The position numbers were made by a program, and so were the translations under genes. Below the pieces are notes generated by a model that had not been told where the DNA came from, made no database searches, and saw only the letters and a list, made by a program, of their open reading frames with translations. A DNA stretch of 64,000 nucleotides, from the NCBI GenBank assembly GCA_037379345.1, contig CM074523.1, positions 29,790,995 through 29,854,994 of the forward strand, given 5' to 3'. This DNA is from Perna viridis (Eukaryota). This document shows positions 1-14,345 of the stretch, piece after piece (positions within the stretch are counted from its first letter, which is position 1; every line of letters begins with the position of its first letter).

Positions 1-1065
1 GTGTCGTACGTAAACTTAACCGAGATTTTGAAAGTGGGTTCTAAAAGGGGTGGGGGTCTAGAAAAAAAGGGGTGTGTCATAGTATAATATTTCCTCATTT
101 TCACCAAAATTTTGCATGAAATTATCCACATTAATCCAATTATATCATTTTTAATACTTCTTTTTTGAATATAACAACCAAAGGATTTTGATAGGCTATT
201 ATAAAAGTCCTTGTATATAATTATATTTACTGAAAGGATCTGCTTACTAGTGAATGAGTTTTTTTTTCTTTTAATTTATATAAGGTTTTTATAATTTTAC
301 TAACGAATTAAAACCGTACATGTAACAGGGAGTTATAATTAATTACAGGTGTAATTGCGTATAACTGTCACCAATGATTTTACAGTCCATGCTTTAATTT
401 ACATTACAAAACCGAATTACTGCAGCCCGTGAAAGAGGTTCGCTTGCATGCACCATCCTATGGACGAACGGAAATGCCAGCATCCTACGTTAGATCTGGG
501 TATTAAAATGTACACGTACTATGTTTAATCAAGACAAAGTCCCGAGAAAGTACAGTTTCATTCGTTAGCCCAAGGATTTATATTATACATAGCATTTACC
601 TAAATTTAACTCCTTCGCTAGCTATGAAATAACTTTTTGTACAACTATTTACTACGTTACTGGAATGCTCATCTTGTGCGTTCCTACATCGATATATTAA
701 CAAGTGTTATACGAAAGGATAATTACAGAGGAAACCTAAGATATGTATTGTCAGTCAGTGGCGAAACGGGGTGCCGAAATCACGCATGACACAAGACGCT
801 TTTGTATACGGTTCATTCCCCGCTATGACCTCGTCCCAGCAGCGAGATAAGGTCTCAGTATCGTATTAATTTTTCCATAGACTTCTATAGTGAAGTGCAT
901 ATTTTTAGGATTTTTTAAAAAATATGTAAATTGATTCAATAAAACTTTCACTTATGTAGCATTTCTAAGGACATGTGAAAAAATAATTTCCCGCAAAGAA
1001 AATAGGGTGAGTCCACGAAGATCGGACAGAAAAGTAGTCTCGAACTATAAATAGCCATTTTCCCT

Positions 1066-1083
1066 ACTTTCACTTTCGTTTTG
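1066..1083 (-). promoter_or_regulatory. ISRE/IRF-E-like motif
   Basis: Minus strand reads AAAACGAAAGTGAAAGT, a tandem GAAANNGAAA match. No linked gene is established. Confidence 0.25.
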
Positions 1084-4000
1084 CACTCACCAAACCAACC
1101 TTTTCAGTGGAACATTTTTATGATATTATGTTAGATTTTCTTTTAAAAAAGTTCTTCATCTTACAGTGTGATGTTTGCTCTATTTTATAAGTCATTGTTC
1201 ATATCTTTTGACAAAATATTAGTTTGTAGAGAGGCAGAAAGAAAATGCACTATATTTTTATAGCATCCATGTTTTGACGTACACCTGCTCAGGGATATGC
1301 AATACGATACTGGTACCATAAGTGTTGATGCTGCAGTCGTTCAGAAACTAACGAATTCAATACAGCAATGAATGCATACGTCAAGTTCCGACTACAGTAA
1401 GTTAGGAGTTGTACTGCTCCAGAAAATCTGCATGATTTGCTCTGACTACTCTGCTCCTGAAACAGTCACAGTTTGGGAACTACAGCTGAATTCTCGTGCG
1501 GTGTTTACCCATTATAAAATTAGAATTGTTTTTAAAGTATTTTATTTGAAGCGGGAATATTTATTGTATCTGAAGAATCCGTTTTTGAATTAGGTTCACT
1601 GTAATTGTAATATTTAATGATTAAAGTTACCGTGGTCAGGGAATTTATATCACAGGGACTGGTCACTCCTTAACAAGTTTATAACATGGAGTAGGCATTT
1701 CCTAAATCAGCGAGCACAGTGATCTTTACTGTATATGTACCATCTTTGCAAGACTTATAAAAATAATAATGAACATTACAAAGTGGGGGGGGGGAGGGCG
1801 ACCCGGATGAAAAAGTGCAATATCTTTATTTATATTTAACCAGCAAGCAAAATCAATATTTCCACTTAAAAATATGTCTTGTTAAGTAATGGGGAGTTTT
1901 TTTCAGCGATACTTATTTAGTGAAAAAATGAATACACAGCCCTTTTTACAAATTTCTGGATCTGCCCAGCATATAGCTCCTTATCTGTCAAAGAAGAATT
2001 AAAGTATTTGTAATCAATTCAACCTCATTTGAACATTAATTACAATAACAAGTCACAAGTTTTCAGTCAGTAGAATAGACTTATAATTTGTTTACTTATA
2101 GTACAAACAGGCACTACCTGACAATCCTGCAAAAAGTTTTAACTGGATTTGTTGCTTAGTATGTGTTCCTAATACATGTTAGTTCTTAAAAGTTCTTAAA
2201 TAGAACTTAAAATAAGATATGATGTGTGCAAAGATTGAAATATGTTGATTGGCATTTGTTTTTTGTTTTTTTTGGGGGTTTTTTTTGGAGGTGGGAGGGT
2301 TCAATACCAACAGAACCATATTTAACTCAATCTTTACACATGTGGCTGGCATTTTAATACTTGTACAACTAAATTTGTCTAGCTGTATTTTTACTTTTTC
2401 AGACCTTTAAGTGAAGACTTGTATTTAAAAGAGAGACACTTACACATTTCTTAGAGAAGAATAATGACCAATTAAAAAGGGCGATTATCATTTAACACAT
2501 TTACTGTAGCAGTAAGTACTTATACATGCAATACTCAGTGATTATTAAATAATTAAACTTTTTTTTTTCATCCACAGGTATGCATTTTTTAACATAATCT
2601 TGATGACATTGTAAATATGCTGAAAATTTTGCTTTGAATACACAGGAAGCTTTCATGACGCACATTTTAATAGAAAGCACACTTAAACTCGTAAAATAGA
2701 AGTGGAAATGTTTGATTTTGTTTTCGTTTAACAGACTATCAGAAACTTTCACGCATACTGTTTGAATGATTAAAAAGTCATCTAATTTTTTATATTATTA
2801 AAATTCGAAAGTTAGGCTTTATGTAAAGATATAATATATGCACTAGACCCATAAAGGGAGATAATTAAACTGATTGGTTTTTAATGTGAAAACCTTGTTA
2901 GCACAGCTCCTCCAAAACCACTCAAGGTATTTAAAAAAAAATATGTGAAGAAATGCATCAGTAGAGATTCAATGCAGTACTTTTAGCTTTGTATATTGTA
3001 GGGACAACCTGATAATACCAGATGACTATTAATACATTGACCAACCTGATGGATTGGGTTTTGGATCCTGTAGTGAGAGCAACATATGATAACTTGTAAT
3101 TACAGGTATTCCTATATATGCATGGTAAAGCATTACTTGTACATGATTTTGATGGTTTTTTTTAGGTAATCAGTTTACTTCAAATTGTTATTAATGTTGT
3201 GCACTCTGTTAGTTGATTGAGCACAAGAAGCATATTACTTGTAGTTAGTTTTTCAACTTAGCACATTAAGTTCTGTCTTTATACATGAATGAGTTACATA
3301 TAAATCAGAATACATTAATAAGTTATAAATATTTGTAAGAAACCTTATAGAGTTGAAGACCTACAGATTATGCTTTGCATGGCTTTGAAAAGTGAGGGGG
3401 TGGTTGTTGCCTGCTGAAACTGACCAATCACCCTCATAGTAATTAGTCAGCCAGTAACACAAATCATGTTTACATTAGGTTGTTACTTTATTATCTTTCA
3501 AGGTAGGTTTTTGATAATTGGCATGTTGTTAAGCATTTTTAAGATGTATAGCCTTCTACATGCTCTAGGGTTAATTACAATTGACCTTGACATCACATTT
3601 TTGTGCTTTGTTTGCATTTTTTTTAATTAAAAATCTACCCAATACTATGACATTTTTAGGTATCATTATTGGTTGGGATTCTATGGTCAGAATAGCTACT
3701 GGTATACAGCAAGAAATTCCTGCAAAATTTTAGGAGGATTTTCACATTATATTTAAGAGCAACACTATCATGATCAGATCATCACTACAAAGTGTGCAGT
3801 ACATAACATGAGCTCTTACTATTATTACCATCAAATGCGAAATTGAGAATCTTCTTTTGGTGATACTGGAGTACAGTTGTAAAGAAATCATCATTGCTAC
3901 CTAAATATGATATATGTACATATATGTACTTGTGACTGCTAATATTATTCCCACTGAAGCTAAAGTGTTGACATTCAAGAAATAGTTTAGATGTATCAGC

Positions 4001-5044
4001 CTCATTCACAGAAGGGTAAAATTGGAGGAAACTGTAGGGATTTAGACATAAGCAACAAACATGTAAATTTTGAAATAGGAATGTAGTTACACGTTTATTC
4101 ATGAGAAGAAATCAATTCATTTTATTCAAAACCCCACCATTGCAAAAAAGGTTTTAATTTTTTTGAATAATCATTAATAAATGTCTGCCGATTCAGTAAA
4201 AACTTAGAACATACATTATTGTACCTTACTATGATTTGATGTGCTGTAATGTGTATCAAGCATTCATATTCTGTTTAAGTAATTTTATATCTGTTTACAT
4301 TCATGACAATATTAGGTGTTTTTATTATGTCTATGTTAGCCAGATTGCAATAGTTTATATGAACGGTGGTTCTTGCCCATGATATAAGGTTCAAAATGAG
4401 TTAGACTTTGATTCAGACATTTAATTCCTGTCAAATTGCATGGGCATCTATTTCATATCCTTGGAAATTATGAAAGGTTTAGGCGTTAATTTGCTCATTT
4501 TTGCCAAAATTTTGCACAAAATCAACCCAATTTTTACCCAAAAGGGGGTGTATTAAATAAAGTTGATTTTGCATTTTAACACTTTTTGTTTAAGAATGGA
4601 CATAAAATGCCAAAAAATACAAATACTTTTGTGTTGAATGTGGATATGGTTATGAATTGTGATGAAAGACTAACCTTTTTGTAGTTTATCAACAATATCA
4701 GTACTTTTGCAATGCAAAAAAAAATGAACTATATTTTGTTATAAAGCATGTTCAAGAAATAACACTTATCAAGATAATTTAGCTTCAATTCTTTTTTAAG
4801 TTGAGTAATTAAATACATAAAAACATGCATATTCCTTATAAAATTTAATAAAGTAATAAATATACTTACTAAATGTGAGAATGCATTGGTTATTACTTGC
4901 TTATAAATAATAGAGATGTAAAATTATTTAAATTCTACAGCTTTATTCAATCTACACACACATTTGTTCTTTCTGGTATCTTTTCATAATACCTCTTCAT
5001 ACACATGTACCCATTTTTATATGTTTCTAACTGTATTGATTTAC

Positions 5045-5196
5045 AAACAAAAAATCCCATGGGACAAAAAAAATCCCATGGGACAAGAATAATCCCATGG
5101 GAGAAAAAAATCCCATGGGATTCTATGAAAATCCCATGGGATTTCATGAAATCCCATGGGATAATGAAGAATCCCATGGGATAAAAAAATCCCATG
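5045..5196. repeat. Minisatellite, ~19-21 bp units with palindromic core TCCCATGGGA
   Basis: About 8 copies of AATCCCATGGGA separated by short A-rich spacers. Confidence 0.9.
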
Positions 5197-6395
5197 ATTT
5201 TTAAATTGAAACTATAAGTTTATTTTATCAAAAATTGTAAAATAAAATGCATTTCATTAAATCCCATGCGAATCTGCATCCAATGGTTACTCACATGACA
5301 TGGTAGGTTGAAGAAAAAGCGGCGCAAGATTTGCAATTCAGTGTTTTGCAAATTTAAATTGTCTTGTGTTGGGTGCCAGTCCAATTTTCAACTTCTATAT
5401 GTAGAGAATTCAGAACTAAACATCAGTTGTTAAATAAAAAAAATAACATACCTATTAAACTTTTTTGTATGTTCAAAAAGGGGAGATTGTCAGCTTTCTA
5501 AGACTGAGATTTAGCGTAACGACCTTTTTCGAAAATAAAAAGGATAATTTTGCTAGAAATCCAAGTACAATATACAAAGATGAGACAAAAATATAAAATC
5601 TATGATAATCTCATTAATCCATTAAGGGTTTTTAATAATTGTTTGACTAATTAGTACTAAAAAAGGACCAAATATTTGTTGATTGCTTCTCAATGTTTAT
5701 TTTGTTACATTAACATTGTATTTATGTCAATTTAATAAGCCATTTAAAACATAATTTGTGCACTATATCTGCTAAGAGGGAGATGTTTGGGGGGAGAATG
5801 TTGGGAAAGAGGAAGATCTGTGTCCCCCATATGGGAGACTTTCTCAGAGGAAGATTGACCCTCCTGAAGAGGGAAGGTTAAACAAGTATGAAATAATGCA
5901 AATTAATTCTGAACATTCCATCATAACCTTAATTAAAGGATTTTGTAATGTCTATTTGTCACTGTTAGACCCAACTTTTCTTGCTTTTCTCAAGCCATTA
6001 ATAAGGCCTAATCCTAGATTAGATCATTCTTCAACATGACAGTATGTAGCTGACTGACACAATATCACTTGTACATTTGTACATTTTTATATCTACAAAA
6101 ATCTGTTTCAGATTCAATAGGGTCAGACCTGCTGTATCCGCCCCCTTTTTTATAAGAAAACTACATTTAAAACAATATTTTTGGCACATTATATTGATTT
6201 TTCACAATTTCTATTGACCTGAATTATGTGGCCCCCTTACATAAAACTCTGGATCCGCCACTGGCTTTTGGTATATTCTTAGCTTGACATGTGTTCTTAA
6301 TTGAAATTGGTTTTCGTTTTTATTTAAATTGAATTGAATATTACTTTTCCCTGGTCACTCCAATCACAAAAATATACAAAAATATGGACATATAG

Positions 6396-7132
6396 CAAGC
6401 CAAAGTGGACAAAAATCAATATTTTGTAATATTACAAATTCATTTTGTAATATTACAAATTCCTGATTTAGTAATATTATAAAATATTACACATTTTGTA
6501 ATATTACAAATTGAATTTGTAATATTACAAAATGAATTTTTAATATTAGAAAATCACTTTGCAATATTGCAAAATCAGTCACATTTTTTACTATTACAAA
6601 ATGATTTTCTAATACTACAAATTCAATTTATTTTTTAATATCAAAAAGGTGTTTTGTGATATTAGAAATCTAATTTGTAATATTAGAAAATGAATTTGTA
6701 ATATTAAAAAAATACTTTTTAAAATTGGAAAACACTTATTTTCTAATATTAAAAATTCATTTTCTAATATAACAAATTCCTGATTTAGTAATATTATAAA
6801 ATATCACACATTTTGTAATATTACAAATTGAATTTGTAATGTTAGAAAATGAATTTGTAATATTAGAAAATAAGTTTGTAGTATTAGAAAATCATTTTGC
6901 AATATAGCAAAATCAGTCACATTTTTTAATATTACAAAATAATTTTCTAATATTAGAAAATCAGTTTCTAATATTACAAAATGATTTTCTAATATTCAAA
7001 AATAGTTTTTGAATAATAGAAATTCAATGAAATTTTTAATATTAAAAAGTGTATAAGAAATCCGATTTGTAATATTAGAAAATATCATTTTTTTAATATT
7101 AGAAAATGCTCATGTTTGTCCACTTTGGCTTG
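6396..7132. mobile_element. MITE with 18-bp perfect TIRs and an internal array of palindromic ~21-bp units
   Basis: CAAGCCAAAGTGGACAAA at 6396 and TTTGTCCACTTTGGCTTG ending at 7132. The interior consists of variants of TTTGTAATATTACAAA. Confidence 0.85.
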
Positions 7133-7924
7133 TATATATACAATTATATGTCTCTGATGTTAAACTAACCATGCCCATGGACTGGGGAAATTTTCTAACA
7201 TGTATATGTTCACTTTCATGCACGTACGGAGAATAATTAAGATAAAAATATGAAGCGACTGGGTTGTTACTTCTATCAAAATGTCCATGCAGGGTGTGTA
7301 TTTTACAAAACCGTACCCATAGGCCTCTTGTGAAGGCTAGAAACCACTAATTCCACTTCCCATAGGCTTTTATGCTAATTTCACAATATTCAGTGGCTTC
7401 TCTGGACTTTACCTTAACTTTAACCTACAGAGGACTATATATCAGCACGATTCTACATATGTCAGCTCACAATCCTCAGAATGGCATGTGGGGTTAGCAG
7501 ACTTGCAGTGCAGTACTGGTCACCGGAAGTGAAGGGTCTATAAATAGCATGGGAAATCCCAGTGTTTTCACAAGATAGGGGTATATTTAGAAACCATTAT
7601 GGAGATTAGGCTTCACATCACCAGAAGCAAAATGCACCTATAAAATGTACAGAAATGTTTTTCCTTTCAGAAACTGTTTAAATTTTTTAAACAAGATGAG
7701 AACTTTTTTCACAGCACTATGAAGAACAGGGATAATTTCTGCGTAGGACTATTTTTGCGTACCTTCCAAATGTTCATTAGTTGAATTGGTGGTCTGTAAC
7801 CTGAATTCGCTTGACACTCCTGTGTAATGTATAGTTAATCCCAATCGAGGGGCAAAGTAATTAATTAGAGCAACACTCCACCAGGTTGATTTGCGTACAT
7901 ACCAAATCTCTCAAATTTCGAAAT

Positions 7925-9470
7925 TTCATAGATTCATAGACAAGATTTTATTGATAGCCTCAGACACAGTAGATGTACAAGAGGACAAAAAAACCCAAAC
8001 AAACAAACAAACAAAAAATAAATACAAACATGTACATACATGGAAATAAGACAAATACACAGACACAATACACAGAACAGGCAATATCATAAAATATGTG
8101 AATACAAACAGATTCACATTTATATTTTAACACATTCACTTTCATATGATATTAGCAATTTTTCGTAAAAAAGCACACACTCTTTTGTATAACTGAACAT
8201 TACAGATAGTCAACAACCCACCAAATTTACTCATATTCGGTTGCTTCGAGTAGTAATCTGGGATGTAACGAGATCTTAAATACTTAACCGTTGGATTATT
8301 GCACTGGAAGAATATGTGAAATTCATCTCCCACACCTTCTTTACAAAGATTTCATATTCTTTGACTCCGTGGGACTCCAGACCACCTCCCAGTTTCTATT
8401 GAGAGTTTTAAGTTGGAACATCTTTAGTTTGTCAAATGAATACGTTCTTTTGGGACAATCTGAGAAGATATGGTTCAATTCTGAATTCACGTTTAAAGGT
8501 GGAGTAGAATTCACCACGAGATGTGTTGTCCATTTGTGAAAACCAAGACTGATAGAACTGATCACATAATGTCTGTTTAACTGCGACCTTAAGCCAGTTA
8601 ATATTTACTTGAACGTGTTCGTTCCATAAGTAACTTAAGACCCGTATCATCAAAGATAGATTTAATATAGTTAACCCACCTAAATTAGGTTGGATTATTG
8701 TCATGCAATTTTAACATAAGCCGAAGCATCAGATTTGACAGTTTTTGTTCTTTTTACATAGTTCTTGCCCAAAAGCTAACCATTCTTACTTTAACAAATA
8801 TTTCAAGTGGAATTCTACCCAACTCTCCATAAACCATAAAATTTGGAGTGCTGCTTCTCAGCTTAAGGATATTTTTACAAAATTTAAGATGCACCTTTTC
8901 AATGTTTTGCTTATTTTCAAAACCCCAGACCTCAGAGGAATATAACAGTATTGGTGATATCAAAGTATCAAATAACTTCAACTGTAAATCTATTGGCTGT
9001 GGAATGTTTCTTAGTTTCCTATAGAGACCAAATAGAGCTTTTTGGTCTTGATCTATTAGACGCTTTCTTGCAATAGTGAAACTGCCGTTGTAATTGAAAA
9101 CCGTGCCTAGATATGTATACGACTCTATTTCTATATTTTTGTTATATATTTGAAATTGAAAATGTTGTTTACACTTTCTTTTGGTGAAGACAACAACTTT
9201 TGTCTTTTCAGTATTAACATGTAATTTCCATTTTTTAAAGTAATTAGCAAACACATCCAAATTGAATGCTTTTCGCATAGCTTCCTTTGTTTCTGACATT
9301 ATAATTGTATCATCTGCATAAAGCATCACAAATAATTTGACATATACATCAAACATTTCTGAGCATGAACTTTCTATCAAATCTAGATTTTGTACTTCAT
9401 TGTCTTGCAAAAAGATTTCTAGATTATTAAAAAAAATTGAGAACAGAAAAGGCGACAAGTTTTCTCTTTA
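7925..9470 (-). mobile_element. 5'-truncated non-LTR retrotransposon (RT C-terminal half plus 3' UTR; RTE-X/CR1-group-like), frameshifted
   Basis: ORF 8754-9458 has SPFLFSIF, LYADD, YTYLG, PILLYSSEVWG and YGELGR. Downstream fragments carry GDEFHIFFQC. The 3' end is AATAAA followed by (TCTATGAA)x2. Confidence 0.85.
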
Positions 9471-9980
9471 CAGATGATTGTCCCGATGTTGTTTGGGTAA
9501 AAAAAATGTTCAATACACACATTTATTATTACTTATTTGAAAGAATAGAAAAAAGATATTTTGTGTCATTTGTTGCTTACTGGGTAACATCTTTTTGATG
9601 ACAGAAGTACATACACATGTATTTTATTAACTTTGTAAAATTTATGCAAATGTATTTCCTTCTAAATTTGGTGTAATACAGGAAAGAAAACATATTACCA
9701 TTAATTGACAAAATATCTTCTTTCTGATCTTATAAATAAACGATATTAAATTTATTTATTTAACAATTTTCTACGGTAAGTCCACACTTTATGGTCTATA
9801 GAAATATCCAAGAATACCACTATATGCAAATTCCTCTCCCTATTTTAGTGGGCATATGGACAAGCCTTCCCTTTGGTCCACGCCCGATATATGACTAGAG
9901 ATATTTAGATTAATTTACGACACAACAGTAATATTGTAGATCTAAGGATTTGTTTTGGAAGTATCAATATATAATTTACA

Positions 9981-10108
9981 CGGGCGGATTCAGGCGGGGG
10001 CGTGGCGGGCGTGCGCCCCTCTAAATTTGCAAATCATGGGTATATAAAAATTTAACCTCAAAAAAATTTTAACTGCGCGCCCCCTAATCTAAAATCCTGG
10101 ATCCGAAC
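9981..10108. mobile_element. Short GC-rich MITE of the GGCGGATCCAGG...CCTGGATCCGCC type
   Basis: GGGCGGATTCAGG at the left end and CCTGGATCCG at the right. Related ends lie near 1957, 6250, 39071-39240 and 42935. Confidence 0.55.
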
Positions 10109-13100
10109 CAGAATAATTTAACTATTTGATATACTATAAGTGCACGTTGGGGAATCAACCATTCACAGGTTTCAAATGCAGGGACCTGGACTATTTACAA
10201 GTTCTGTTTATTTTGTATGCAGACTTTGCTTGTACAATCTATACGCTCCGGGATATACGTGTACATGGTCGAATCCCTGATCTTACTATACCATCCTAGT
10301 ATCGATATATCGGGTTGGTTTGCATAAACACTACATAAGGGGAGGGCCCCAAGATGTTCAATGGGGAGGGGTCCCAATTTTGCTCGAAATTAACAAAAAA
10401 TTTTCAAAAAAGCCGGAACCCCTGCATCAATTATAAAAATCCTTGCCTGCATTTACCACAGACTTCTGTTATAAAACATTTGCTCGATTCCAGAATTATT
10501 TCCCGGACAGAAATCGCACTAAAAAGTAAACATAGATTGGAGGGTCCCCGGGTTTTTATGGTCATAGGAAATTTAAAAGGCGTCAATAGCTTTGGTACGA
10601 AATGACCTGCTAAGTAAATATACGCACTACCTCGTTCATTTCTTGCCTCCAAAAAATCCGAAATTGTAGTTCTTTTTTAATTCCTTACCAATTACCTTGG
10701 AAAGTCTACAATCAATAGGTAATGTGCAACTATAATTTCATCGCCTTGTGATTTATGGGGCTTCTGCCTTTACTAAATAGTTTATCCCGGAGAAGACTAT
10801 ACATGTTTATCACCTAAATGCCGCATACTTACATTACTAACACTGAAAATATCATAGAAGGTTTAGTACCTTGAAGTGCCATGGTCAATGATCTAAAAAT
10901 AGAACGGAAATTCCCCTACATACTTAAAAAAGAGGGAGTCTTCAAGCAAAACTCATAAAAATATTTAAATTCAGTACATCGCAGTGCCATAAAAGTAAAG
11001 AAAGTGTAATTTACGTCTTAAAATAGATTCACTATTGTGATTTTACTTTTTCCACAGTGATATTACACAAGCGCACAAAAAAATTGTTTAGCCTTTAGGA
11101 CCATTTTTGTGTACATTCTAAAAGCGCAGTTTTTGAATAAGTGGTTAGCAACCTAAAGAGATATTTTTTCTAACAAAACTAAAAGCATTCATTCTGTTAA
11201 ACCAATAGAATATTTAAACAATTTACAAACTTATAGACAGTTTCAATGAGTGGTTTTAGGGGGAAACATGGTTTTAATGTTTGTAAAAACATCTTTTTTC
11301 GACTTAATTTATCAATTTAACATTAAAAGATTAACAAAACAACAAAAACAATGCAATGAAGTCAAGACTATCTTGAATTTATCAGTTTATGAAAATAAAT
11401 GCTAAGCCCCCTCCCCCTTTTTAACCATCTTCGCTAATAATTATGAATTTTCTGTATCTTCAATGAAATACCTTTTTTAGGTGATTTTCTGGTAAAATTC
11501 ATGTATTCATACTAAAATGTCACATATGAAAGTCTTAAATAAGTAAGAATTTTCAGAAATTTTAATTCTTATACTTAATATGTGAGCTGGACAAATACAT
11601 GTAATGTTATTTGCATACATGAAATCTTAGTTTTTTTCCAAACTTTACCGCCTTGCACTTGCCTTAATCTTTCATAAATTGGTATGATTAACAGGTATTA
11701 CTACAAGTCAGTTATAAGAATCATTAGAAATGACATACACTACTTACTAACATCATTACTTAACTCCGTCAGCCCCAAACAACTATAATTTAATGAAAAA
11801 AAATATTTGTCTCTTGTTGTAAAGTAGTTATTGTATTACTGAGATGAACAATTAGGTGTTATATAAAAAAATATGTAGAAGATGAAGAAAAATCACCTTT
11901 TATAAGACCCTGGAAAATGTTTTTGATCAAAATATCTATTTTCACCTTGTTAAAGGTTTAAACAATTAATTAGTATTTTCATTATGTAATAGCCGATATT
12001 AATGAATTAATTACTCATTATGTAATAACTGATATCCACAAAACCAACTTGTCATCCCAAAGGCTTTTGTGGGGTTCCGTTATTTTTGCTGTACTGCTGT
12101 GTACTCTACTGCCAAAAAATGGAGTGCTGTTCAAATGATGAGATGTAATATATTTACTTGCATATATATCATTTCAGGTGATATGCTGACACAGAATTAC
12201 CAAGTCTTGAACATGTTTTGTTATTACCAAATAGTATGTAAGAGATCTTGAATGTGTTTTAAGACAAATATTGTTTAATTGGTAACTTTATTATGATAAA
12301 AGTTGCTTATTTCAGATATTGTAAGTAATGGTAGGCTAAAGAACTTGTACTAGATTAAATGCAGCAGTTTATGTGATTTGCACACTCAAAACTTATGTGT
12401 GTCTGTCTTATGTTCATATATCTGGTAGTCATCTTATGCAAATATATGTTCTGAAATTATTTAGCTGGCTTGTCTACTGTCACTTTTATACCTTTGATTT
12501 TTCAAGAATTATTTAAATTTAAAAAAGACAGGTATTAAGGTGGAACATTTCAACATTTGTGTCATGTTGCTTTTTGTGTTCATCAGTTTTTGAATTTATA
12601 TTTACTTTCATTGAATATCCTGAAGTTATGTTTTGTGTTTCATCAAACTTTGTGAGACGCATTGTAAAGAGGAACTGAGAGTTTTTATGTATTCCATCTG
12701 TAAGTTTTTTAAGAAAAAAATGAAATGAAAGTTTGAATTGTTGGTTTTGTTGTTTTAGGCTCCCATTACATTGTGAAAATTCCAGAAAGTAGTTTATTGT
12801 ACACTGTATCTATGCTCAACTATAACAAGTGACTTACACATATCATGTCTTAATCATTATTTAAATCATGTCTTAAAATGACACTCTTCCAAATAATTAA
12901 AAACCACGACTTTGCGACTTTACAGGAGTCTGTTGTTAATGGGTGAAACAGTCCTCCAGTGTGACTGTGTTATAACATCTGACACAAAACAGCAACAGAT
13001 ATTTATCAAACTAATTACCTGAAATACAGTGTTTCCTAAGCCAAGTCAATTCCATCACCTAGTTCATCTCCACTTATTCACTGTTACAGCACTCTCCTAA

Positions 13101-13339
13101 ACAATCTCAGAGGACACACCAACTAAGACGATCAAGCTTAGTCAGTAACCTGCTAACCATCAAACCCAGAAAGACATTTGTTTGAATGCTTATTAGAAGT
13201 TATAGTTTATATGTATAATCCATTTATAGACAGTTCACTTATAACAAAATCAAAATGATTCCTTGTTTTGATGTAACCAGTACATACAATTAATAATAAT
13301 TTCAAATCAAAAAGTAAAATCAAAAAGTAAAACTTCTTC

Positions 13340-13708
13340 TTGAAGCTTGTTACTCTAAAATTTCATTTGAATTTTCCTCTGATAGAATTTTTGCAAGAGA
13401 TATTTTGTTTTGGTGCATTCTCTGAAGACCTTTTTTTTTCTTTCAAGTTAGAAAATTTACTCAAAGGAAACTTAAATGAGATGAAATTTCCTTTGAGGAG
13501 ATTTTTACACGATAAGTTTCCTGAAGGAAAAAGTTTTTCCCTAGTTTAAGGAAATTTAAAGTGATAGAATTTCCTCAAAGGAAATTTAAATTTGATATAT
13601 TTCCTAGAGGAAACACTTTTTCCATAAAGTAAATTTTAATTCAATAAATTTCCTTAAGGAAACAGGGGCGGGTCCAGGTAAGGGCGTAATGGGCGTACCC
13701 CCCCCCCC

Positions 13709-13744
<36 letters not shown>

Positions 13745-14345
13745 ATCGTTATAATCTGCTAGTATTGTATTGAATGATGGCAATTTATCATATTCATTAA
13801 TTAAACACATACTCTGATTTCTTTTTATACTGATTCCCCAATTTGATGGGTCATCATCAACCGTAAAATTTCGTTTCTCGGAGTCCGGCATGTTCGACTC
13901 TGCGATTAGTATCCATTGTTGTTGATGTGATAAAGAATTCTTAAAGATGTCGATGTCAAAAACAAAACGTCAAAAGACCTTAAAATCGTATCAAGGTGTC
14001 TTGGACACCTTTTTTAAACAACCAAAACGGTAAGTAAATCAGTATAATACATGAATTTTGGTTGTTTTGTGTGACACTAACTCGGCATAAAAAATGTCAC
14101 ACCCTGACACTTTAACTATAAAATATACATGCTCCAAGTCAGGAACCGTTACATTAGTGCAATTCTCTATTATTTTATGTTTTTAAGCCAAAAAAGGTCC
14201 AAAAATATTTTATTCTACGCCCCCCCTTTCAAATATCCTGGACACGCCCCTGGGAAAAACTAGGAAAAAGTTTTTCCTTAAAGGAAATGCTTCTCAGTTT
14301 GAAATTTCGTTTAAGGTAATCAGATTTCCTCAGAGGAAATTTGGT
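13340..14345. repeat. Degenerate array of AAATTTCCT/AGGAAATTT palindromic units, interrupted by the hAT-like element
   Basis: Many copies of GGAAATTT and AATTTCCT on both sides of 13663-14252. Confidence 0.6.
13663..14252 (+). mobile_element. Internally deleted hAT-like DNA transposon
   Basis: TIRs CAGGGGCGGGTCCAGG / CCTGGACACGCCCCTG with GGAAA on both flanks. It retains a mini-exon MSMSKTKRQKTLKSYQGVLDTFFKQPK followed by GTAAGT (13947-14029). Confidence 0.7.

Noticed and set aside
4947-5195. ORF with PMGF/SHGI repeats, or a CRISPR-like palindromic repeat
   Set aside because: A translation of a ~20-bp minisatellite. Spacers are too short and not unique, and the context is eukaryotic with no cas genes.
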